In this document: piece by piece, positions 38,259 through 45,161 of the stretch | Layout: the number at the start of each line of letters is the position of its first letter | Position numbering within the stretch: the first letter of the stretch is position 1 | Source of the DNA: Thermoplasmata archaeon | GTDB taxonomy: Archaea; Thermoplasmatota; Thermoplasmata; RBG-16-68-12; JAFNFQ01 | Assembly (NCBI GenBank): GCA_041489255.1 | Contig: JBGPQV010000003.1 | Location: 32,001 to 96,000, forward strand | Direction of reading: 5' to 3' | DNA: 64,000 nucleotides | Translations under genes and position numbers: made by a program | The notes under the pieces: model-generated | What the model saw: only the letters and a program-made list of their open reading frames with translations | What the model was told of the DNA's origin: nothing | Databases searched by the model: none

Positions 38259-39010
38259 TTCGCACCACCGCAGACCGGGCACTTGGGGTCCCGCTTCCAG
38301 TTGTACCTCTGCATCTTCCCCTCCAGGCCATAATAGAGGATGTAAGGCGCGACTTTGCCGAAGCCAAGGAGGTACTTCAGCGCTTCCTGACACTGCAGGC
38401 TCGCGATGATGCCCATGGTTGTGGGAAGCGAAGTGAAGTGGCATGCGCCGTCTCCGGATTTCTTCAGGTCCGTTGTGCTGTCATCCTTCAAGGCGGGTTT
38501 GTTGCAGCGGTAACAGGGCGTCTTGCCGGGGATGATCGAATGCACGGAGCCGTTGATTCCGTCAAGGGAGGCTCCGCCGTCGATGAGGGGGACCTTCAGC
38601 CTCACGCACAGGGAATTAAGGAACAAGCGGACGTGGAACGAGTCGACGCATCCGAGGACGAGGTCGGACTCCCTCGCCTCCTTCAGGAGGGCGTCGTAAC
38701 CCTTGCCGTCGGTGACGTCGTTGGGATAGGTGAGAAGCTCAACGTCGGAGTTCGCCGCGAGGAGGTACTCCCTGAGCGCGTCCACCTTGAACATGCCTAC
38801 CTGGTGAGTCCTGTAGATCAGCCTGTTCAGGTTCGCTTCCTCGAGCTTGTCGAAGTCGAATATCGTCAGGCGCCCGATGCCGCAGCGCGTCATGATCTCC
38901 GCGCAGGTCGCGCCGAGGCCGCCGACGCCGACGACGGTCACCTTCTTCTCCTTCAGCTTCGAGAAGTCCGCGAACGGGAAGATCTTGAGGCGGGCGTATC
39001 GCTCAGTCAA
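38255..39010 (-). CDS. UBA5: UBA5-like E1 activating enzyme (ThiF family), 251 aa
   Basis: VGVGGLG, AEIMTRCGIGRL.IFDFDKLE.ANLNRL, DLVLGCVDSF, IIPGKTPCYRC, catalytic GAC190HFTSLPTTMG, LKYLLGFG.V, CPVC; these track remembered human UBA5 blocks (AEMLTRCGIGKL, ANMNRL, GVCAASLPTTMG, LKFLLNFG). Confidence 0.88.
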   Translation of the reverse strand: MTERYARLKIFPFADFSKLKEKKVTVVGVGGLGATCAEIMTRCGIGRLTIFDFDKLEEANLNRLIYRTHQVGMFKVDALREYLLAANSDVELLTYPNDVTDGKGYDALLKEARESDLVLGCVDSFHVRLFLNSLCVRLKVPLIDGGASLDGINGSVHSIIPGKTPCYRCNKPALKDDSTTDLKKSGDGACHFTSLPTTMGIIASLQCQEALKYLLGFGKVAPYILYYGLEGKMQRYNWKRDPKCPVCGGAK

Positions 39011-39473
39011 GCCATCCCTTCCCCCTCATGTCCTTGACCACGCTCTGCACCCAGTAAGAGACTTCCCTCTTCAGGTAGAGCGCGATGCTGCAGTAGTCGT
39101 CCCACCAGTAGTTCTGTTCCATGTGCATGTCGCAGAGCCTCAGCCCGAGCACGCCATCGTCCACCTTGCGGTCGGTGTAGTTCATCAGCTCGGGAATGCG
39201 GCAGGCGGGAGGCGTCTGCGGGTAGGCGTCCTTCAGGACGAGCTCTATGTCCCAGGAGTGCGGGCCGTCGAAGACCGTGCCGGTCCAACTAGTCGCCTTG
39301 TCCCCCGTCGGGCTGAGGCTGAACCATTTCCCGCCTTCTAGAAACCTCAGGTACTCCTCGAACCTCCTGAGGGCGTACCTCTCCTCCTTCGCCCTCACGC
39401 GCCAGGTTTCGTCCCGCGGCGAAGCTACGGTCGCGCACTGGAGGAAGTAGAAGAGGTCGTCTTCCTTGGCCAT
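39003..39473 (-). CDS. UFC1: UFC1-like E2 conjugating enzyme, 156 aa
   Basis: ASPRDETWRVRAKEE, WFSL...TSWTG, DIE.....YPQTPP..RIPEL..YTDRK, LC114, W....KDM..KG align with remembered human UFC1 (AGPRDRELWVQRLKEE, WFRL...TRWFG, [28 protein letters not shown], ICL). Confidence 0.88.
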   Translation of the reverse strand: MAKEDDLFYFLQCATVASPRDETWRVRAKEERYALRRFEEYLRFLEGGKWFSLSPTGDKATSWTGTVFDGPHSWDIELVLKDAYPQTPPACRIPELMNYTDRKVDDGVLGLRLCDMHMEQNYWWDDYCSIALYLKREVSYWVQSVVKDMRGKGWLD

Positions 39474-39476
39474 GCC

Positions 39477-39722
39477 TCACCCGACGATCGAGGGGTCTAT
39501 CACGTGGATGTTGGTGCTCCTCTCCGCGATCTCCTTCACCGTGCCGCCTGGGATCGGCGAGCCGCCGGGGAAGGTCGCGCTGAGCACCGTCGCGTCCTTG
39601 TTCTGCCTCTTCGCGGCTAGGACGAAGGCTTCCTGGAAGAGCATGTCGTCGGGGACCTTGAGGGTGACCACGGGCTTCTCGGCTTCACTTATGAAGATAA
39701 AACGCAGGACGACTTGGGGCAT
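39477..39722 (-). CDS. UFM1: UFM1-like ubiquitin-fold modifier, 81 aa, mature C-terminal Val-Gly
   Basis: V.LRFIFISEAEKP..TLKVP....F...F..AA....G..I...T...VG* parallels remembered human UFM1 ([26 protein letters not shown]...FAA...GIGINPAQT...DRVG); single-Gly terminus. Confidence 0.82.
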   Translation of the reverse strand: MPQVVLRFIFISEAEKPVVTLKVPDDMLFQEAFVLAAKRQNKDATVLSATFPGGSPIPGGTVKEIAERSTNIHVIDPSIVG

Positions 39723-39752
39723 GAGGCACCTGGGTTTGCCATGCTGGGCGCG

Positions 39753-39766
39753 ATATTAAGGGTTTG
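39753..39766 (-). promoter_or_regulatory. Putative BRE/TATA promoter of the UFM1-like operon
   Basis: Minus strand CAAACC-CTTAATAT about 30 nt upstream of ATG 39722; GGTG just before the start. Confidence 0.55.
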
Positions 39767-39778
39767 TGGTGAGGCGTC

Positions 39779-42412
39779 TCATTGCGGTCCGGTTGGCGGC
39801 GGGCGGGGAGGCTGTGTCTTGGATTGTCCCTGATTCGCGTTTTCTTTTCGGCGACGTTTCATTGTGACGAGGGCCAGAATGACGATAATGACGGCGACAA
39901 TGGTGGTGGCGAGGAGCCACCAATACTGAATGATGATTTCGAAGAGTGATGCACTGATCGTGAAGGGGTTGCTTTGCGCCCAACCCTTCATCCCTCCCGT
40001 ATCTATCACAGTGATGTTCATGACTACATCGTCCGCCTCGATATCCGGGAGAGTCCATTGGTAATTCTCCTGTCCTTTGAGGGCTTGCGCAACAGAATAT
40101 GTGATTCCTCCCGTCGAGTAGTTCAGATACACGATGAGGTTTGCATCTGCATCTTCGTTGTCCTGCATGGACCATGAGATAGTGTGGTCGGAGCCTTTCT
40201 CCCAATGCTCGCCACCGGTCGGCGAGGTCATAGTGACAGACGGGGAAGCGTTCGGCGTGAAGTTCAGCTTGACGACAAACACATCATACGCCGCGTCCAG
40301 TGTATCCTTGAAAGCGTGCGGTGTAACAGGGAAGTCCGCCGATCCTGTGCAACCCGCCACATAGGCGTTGCCCTCAAGGTCCAGGGCGATTGATTCGGGG
40401 CGATCGTAGTCGTTGCCGCCCAGATATGTTCCGTAGATGAGAGCGTCCCCACTTGTGTTGAGTTTCGCGACGAATCCATCCTCGGATGTGTGGGGATTTG
40501 TGTCCAATGCACCTGGGGTGACGGGGAAGTCCGGCGAGTTGGTGTAGCCTGCCACATAGGCATTTCCCGCTGAATCCAGAGCTATCGAAAACCCATATTC
40601 GTCTTGTTCGCCGCCAAGAAGAGTCGAGTAGACCAGCGAACTGCCCGTCTCTTCAAGCTTTAGGACGAACGCATTTGCGCGTGAATTGTGAACTGACTCC
40701 TGGAAAGCGCCCGCGGTGACGGGGAAATCATACGAACCCGAGTGGCCTGTTATATAGACACTCCCGAAGGGGTCCACGGCGATGGATCTGCCTTCATCCC
40801 AATCATCGCCGCCGATGTAGGTTCCGAAAACCAAAGGACCTCCTATTGTGTCGAGCTTCACGACGAACGCGTCCTGCTCGCCACCCCAGGTTTCGTCGAA
40901 AGATCCTGATGTAACGGGGAAGTCGGGCGAATTCGCTGCACCGGTCACAAAGGCATTTCCGGCAGAGTCGACTGCAATCGAATGAGCCCATTCGAATTCG
41001 CCACTGCCGCCGAAATAGGTTGCATAGAGCAGAGAGTCGCACGTCGGGTCCAGTTTCGCGACAAAGAGGTCATCCGCCCCATTCATGGCGATGTCGTATG
41101 CATTTGATGTGACGGGGAAGTCGCTAGAATTCGTCCATCCGGCTACATAGGCATTTCCAGAGGAGTCAACTGCAACAGAGACGCCGTATTCAGCACCGCC
41201 ACCGCCAAGAAAAGTCGAATAGAAAAGTGTATCTCCTGTCGGACCGAGCTTGGCTAGGAATGCGTCAGACGTTCCATTTAGAGTCGTGTCGAAAATGCCC
41301 GAGGTCACTGGGAAATCCGAGGATTCTGTCCGGCCGGTCAGGTAGGCATATCCAGCGGAGTCCAAGGTTATAGAGCCGCTTGACTCTCCAGAGCTGCCCC
41401 CCAGATAAGTTCCATAGACGAGGGAGCCCCCGTCTGAGCTTAGCTTCACCACGAGTATATCCCTAGAACCGTCGAACGTAGTGTCGAATGCGCCGGGGGT
41501 AACAGGGAAGTCCGGAAAAGTAGTTTCAAGCGCTACGTACGCGTGTCCGGTCGAGTCCACGGCAATGGCATCACGGATGGTCAGCATAGGAGTGCCACCG
41601 AGAAACGTCGCGTACACCAAAGGATCTATTATCAGAGGGGCGAAATCATCGATGCCAGCACAGCCCAAGCCATAAGATTCACCCGTATGGAGTGTAAAAA
41701 AGCAGTCCACTGGTCTACCCTGTTGATATGCGATGGGGGCCGTGTCTCTGATGTCCCCTACGGCGGTGTGGATTAGGATATCACCCTTCGAATCTGACGA
41801 AAGGCCGAGTATTCCCTCATAGGACATGACGATGGTCCCCGGGTTTTTTCCGGGATCGAGTGCAAGATCGTATTTCACGCCATTTTCTGTCATGCGATAG
41901 ATCAGATCAATGCCGTCGTACAGATCATCGTAGGCTATCTCTCGGAAACTCTTCACGTTTTGTCGCCACTTGGCCGGATCGCTTCCGATGAAGAAGTTGC
42001 TCATGAAAGACAATGGTTCGCGGCCTTTCGGCACGACCGTGTTCGCGCCCCCGAAGCTCAGGCGGACAAGTGCACCCTGAGGGGCGGCTTCTTGAGAAGA
42101 AGAGCGCAAGGAGAATTCCTCTATAGAAGGCTCAATGGCGGGCGTAGGCTCCCTCTCGACCATCTTGATCAGGACTGAACTCTCCCCGAAGCCCATCTGG
42201 ACGTCACCAAGGTCCGTGTAAAAGAGTACGTCCCGATTGTCGAGCTGCCCTGCATTCTCCACAAAATAACCGGCGGGCAATGATGTCATCGTCCCCTTTA
42301 GCCCTGCCTGGATTTGAGCACCTGAATTGTTCATTCCTCCAGTGTCTCGCGACGTTGCAGGCAACAGGCTGGCAAGCAACATCGCGCAGCAGAAGACTAC
42401 GCCAAATCGCAA
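39779..42412 (-). CDS. SBBP beta-propeller repeat surface protein with C-terminal TM anchor
   Basis: Paralogue of 17100-20168 (YFVENAGQ, YDGIDLIY, YATFLGG...FPVTPGAFD repeats); Ig-like domain, TM, KRRRK and Pro-rich tail; TTG 42412 gives a clean signal peptide (ORF track starts at 42523). Confidence 0.88.
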   Translation of the reverse strand: MRFGVVFCCAMLLASLLPATSRDTGGMNNSGAQIQAGLKGTMTSLPAGYFVENAGQLDNRDVLFYTDLGDVQMGFGESSVLIKMVEREPTPAIEPSIEEFSLRSSSQEAAPQGALVRLSFGGANTVVPKGREPLSFMSNFFIGSDPAKWRQNVKSFREIAYDDLYDGIDLIYRMTENGVKYDLALDPGKNPGTIVMSYEGILGLSSDSKGDILIHTAVGDIRDTAPIAYQQGRPVDCFFTLHTGESYGLGCAGIDDFAPLIIDPLVYATFLGGTPMLTIRDAIAVDSTGHAYVALETTFPDFPVTPGAFDTTFDGSRDILVVKLSSDGGSLVYGTYLGGSSGESSGSITLDSAGYAYLTGRTESSDFPVTSGIFDTTLNGTSDAFLAKLGPTGDTLFYSTFLGGGGAEYGVSVAVDSSGNAYVAGWTNSSDFPVTSNAYDIAMNGADDLFVAKLDPTCDSLLYATYFGGSGEFEWAHSIAVDSAGNAFVTGAANSPDFPVTSGSFDETWGGEQDAFVVKLDTIGGPLVFGTYIGGDDWDEGRSIAVDPFGSVYITGHSGSYDFPVTAGAFQESVHNSRANAFVLKLEETGSSLVYSTLLGGEQDEYGFSIALDSAGNAYVAGYTNSPDFPVTPGALDTNPHTSEDGFVAKLNTSGDALIYGTYLGGNDYDRPESIALDLEGNAYVAGCTGSADFPVTPHAFKDTLDAAYDVFVVKLNFTPNASPSVTMTSPTGGEHWEKGSDHTISWSMQDNEDADANLIVYLNYSTGGITYSVAQALKGQENYQWTLPDIEADDVVMNITVIDTGGMKGWAQSNPFTISASLFEIIIQYWWLLATTIVAVIIVILALVTMKRRRKENANQGQSKTQPPRPPPTGPQ

Positions 42413-42617
42413 GCATTCCCGACTTGGTCTCTCCGTGGAACCACCAGACGGTCGATGTAGCAGGCGACTGATAAACATTCGGGACGGAACGATGCGCCTG
42501 ATTGCCCGGTCCAGAAGATTCACTCGGGTTATTGTTGATGGCGACGTTCATCTGGGAATGCGAAGGCATATGTCCGACTATCGACATTCGAATTCAATCA
42601 TTTGGAGGCAGTCGAAC

Positions 42618-44537
42618 ATGGCATTAACCAATTCGCCGCGAATCGAGTCGCTGTTATCCGCCCGCTTGTTCATGGACCCCCAGGTCGTCGGGAACCGCAT
42701 CTTCTTCATCAGCAATATGAGCGGCCAGATGAGCCTCTACGCGATGGACCGTGGCGGGAGCGTCCCCGAGCCGCTCATCCCGCCGGACATCGCCATGCAG
42801 AACCCGATGCTCATCGGCGGCTACTCCTATTGCGTGCTCCCCAAGCTCGGCAAGATAGTCCTCATGCTCGATCGGCATGGAGACGAGAACTACCAGCCAG
42901 TGGTCGTCCCCATCGATGGCGGCTATCCGGAACCGATCTTCAGCAATGAGCTTGCGGATAAGCGCGTTCACATGGACGCGCCGGACATGAAACGGAACAT
43001 CGTTTACTTCCCGACGGAGTCACGCAAGGAGCAGATGATCTACACCTACCAGGCAGACCTCAGGAGGATGAAGTTGCGGCTCATGGGGAAGGGCACTTGG
43101 GGGCCATGGCTTGACACCGCAAACGAGACGCACGACAGAGCCGTCCTCATCGACGGGTACACGGCGGCGGATAACGTGCTCTACCTGTGGGAGAAGGGGG
43201 CGAAAGAGCGCAGGCTGCTGTACGGCAAGCCGATCGAGGAACGAAAGGAGGGTGAGATTGTCCCCTTGAACGGCATCAGCAATAGTCAGTTCATAGAGGA
43301 CGACCGAGGCCTCATCTTCATCACGTATCTGTTCGACGACGCTGGCGGGCTCGGGTACATCGACCTTGCGAAACCCGAGAAGATAACGCCCGTGGCGGTG
43401 AAAGGGACTGTCCACGAAGGGAGAGGAATGCTCGAGTCTCTGCATCATCTCGAAGAGGACCGGTATTCGCTGTGCTACAACATCGACGGGTGCTCATGGC
43501 TATATGAAGGGACGTACCACACCGCCGCCAAGGAGATGAGGATTGAAGCTACCGTGTGCGGCACCGTAGGACTATCCAGCGGGATGCTGCAGTCTCACCG
43601 TTATGATAAGGCAAGGAAGCGTTGGGCTCTCACATACTCTACCGCCACATCGCCGGCTCAGATCTACACGGTCGAGGGGAAGGAACGCAAGGTGACGAGG
43701 CAGACGAACGAGCGAGTCCTCGCAATCCCGCCGGAACTGCTCTCACCGGGCGAGGATGCGTCGTATGAGTCGTTCGACGGCACTCGCGTTTCTGCACGTC
43801 TCTACCATCCCCCCGCCTCGCTCGGTTTCGAGGGAATGCGGCCGCTCGTCTACTACGTACATGGAGGGCCGCAGAGCCAGGAGAGGCCTGACTTCGCTTG
43901 GTTCTCAATGCCCCTGATACAGTTCCTCGCAATGAACGGGTTCGCCATATTCGTGCCCAATGTCAGGGGGAGCTCGGGGTACGGGCTGAACTACATGAAG
44001 CAGGTGGACAAGGACTGGGGCGGGAAGGACAGGCTGGACCACGTGCACGCGATGACGAAGGTGCTGCCCAAGGACAGGAGGCTGGACGTGTCGAGGGCGG
44101 CGGTGGTCGGCCGCTCATATGGCGGCTACATGACGCTGACTTTGGCAGCGAGGCACCCGGACCTCTGGGCAGCGGCCTGCGACATGTTCGGTCCGTACGA
44201 CCTGATCAAGTTCTACGACAGGATTCCGGAGACATGGAAACCCACTTTCGCTCTGACGATGGGGGATCCGGTGAAGGACCGCGATTTCTTCATCGAGCGG
44301 TCTCCGAAGACATACATCGAGAACGTCTCGTGCCCCCTTCTCGTCATCCAGGGCAAGAACGACCCCAGGGTCGTGGAGAAGGAATCGATGGATCTAGTTG
44401 AACAGCTGCGTTCGAAGGGGAAGGATGTGGAGTTCCTTGTGTTCGAGGATGAGGGGCATGACGTCATCAAGTTCCCCAACAAGGTCAGGTGCTACAACAC
44501 GATCAAGGAGTTCTTCACGAGTAGATTGAAGCCGTGA
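42618..44537 (+). CDS. S9 family (acylaminoacyl/prolyl oligopeptidase-like) serine peptidase
   Basis: GGAGG RBS; VHGGP, PNVRGSSGYG, GRSYGG nucleophile, NDPRV, DEGH. Confidence 0.93.
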   Translation: MALTNSPRIESLLSARLFMDPQVVGNRIFFISNMSGQMSLYAMDRGGSVPEPLIPPDIAMQNPMLIGGYSYCVLPKLGKIVLMLDRHGDENYQPVVVPIDGGYPEPIFSNELADKRVHMDAPDMKRNIVYFPTESRKEQMIYTYQADLRRMKLRLMGKGTWGPWLDTANETHDRAVLIDGYTAADNVLYLWEKGAKERRLLYGKPIEERKEGEIVPLNGISNSQFIEDDRGLIFITYLFDDAGGLGYIDLAKPEKITPVAVKGTVHEGRGMLESLHHLEEDRYSLCYNIDGCSWLYEGTYHTAAKEMRIEATVCGTVGLSSGMLQSHRYDKARKRWALTYSTATSPAQIYTVEGKERKVTRQTNERVLAIPPELLSPGEDASYESFDGTRVSARLYHPPASLGFEGMRPLVYYVHGGPQSQERPDFAWFSMPLIQFLAMNGFAIFVPNVRGSSGYGLNYMKQVDKDWGGKDRLDHVHAMTKVLPKDRRLDVSRAAVVGRSYGGYMTLTLAARHPDLWAAACDMFGPYDLIKFYDRIPETWKPTFALTMGDPVKDRDFFIERSPKTYIENVSCPLLVIQGKNDPRVVEKESMDLVEQLRSKGKDVEFLVFEDEGHDVIKFPNKVRCYNTIKEFFTSRLKP

Positions 44538-44731
44538 GTGATCGTGGCCTGATCGCTGGCCAGACAGACCCGCTCTGAACCCCGCTGTGAACCGCCATCC
44601 TGACAAGGTTCTCTCGGCAGCGGATCGTCCATTGAGCCTACAGTTGATCCGGCAAGAAGATACATCGGGTGGATGCCCATCTTCGAGGTTTATTGTCAGA
44701 CTCTCCGGGCAGACCGGCCCAGCACGAATAT

Positions 44732-44827
44732 GAAAAAATAAGGCCGTCCGCAATTATGGAGGACGGCCTCGTTGTGGAGGGATGCTTGTGCGATTATATC
44801 GCGAACCTGCTGAAGTAGATTGCGGTT
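44732..44827. repeat. Dispersed ~90-bp non-coding repeat with hairpin, copy 1
   Basis: gaaaaaata-aggccgtcc-gcaattatgga-ggacggcct-cgttgtggagggatgcttg...gaacctgctgaagtagattgcggtt; copy 2 at 57555-57643. Confidence 0.8.
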
Positions 44828-45045
44828 CATTCTTGGGACTTCTCAACGTCAGTTTGACGTTTCCAGACTGACCTGATGACAGACACGAGGAGGCCCGCTG
44901 CAAGCATGGTGCAGTCCACGCCCGTGCCCCAACCGATCAGAGGCGGGATCCTGAGAGGCTCGAACGAGAGGGAGAGGATGCCCGTGGCGGCCTCTATAAG
45001 AACGAAGGGTAATGCCGTGAGAACGAAGGACTTCATCACCGCCAT
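44827..45045 (-). CDS. Small membrane protein (2 TM)
   Basis: 72 aa with two hydrophobic segments; followed on the minus strand by a hairpin and T-tract. Confidence 0.5.
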   Translation of the reverse strand: MAVMKSFVLTALPFVLIEAATGILSLSFEPLRIPPLIGWGTGVDCTMLAAGLLVSVIRSVWKRQTDVEKSQE

Positions 45046-45161
45046 CTTGTCATTCCCGCCCGTTTGCGTGTTCTTTCACTGACATTCCTATGATGGTGCT
45101 TTCCTTGCTCGCACGGCCATCCAGCCTCCCGGTCTCCGGTGTGGCGGTTACTGAGGCATTT

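Noticed and set aside
38259-38444. ORF-track N-terminal 62 aa of the JAMM protein
   Set aside because: It is an alternate frame of the E1 gene; GTG 38258 overlapping the E1 stop gives a normal MPN start.
38255-39722. ThiF/MoeB plus ThiS/MoaD/SAMP sulfur-carrier operon
   Set aside because: The modifier ends VG rather than GG, an E2 is present, motifs are UBA5/UFC1-specific, and no thiamine or molybdopterin genes are adjacent.
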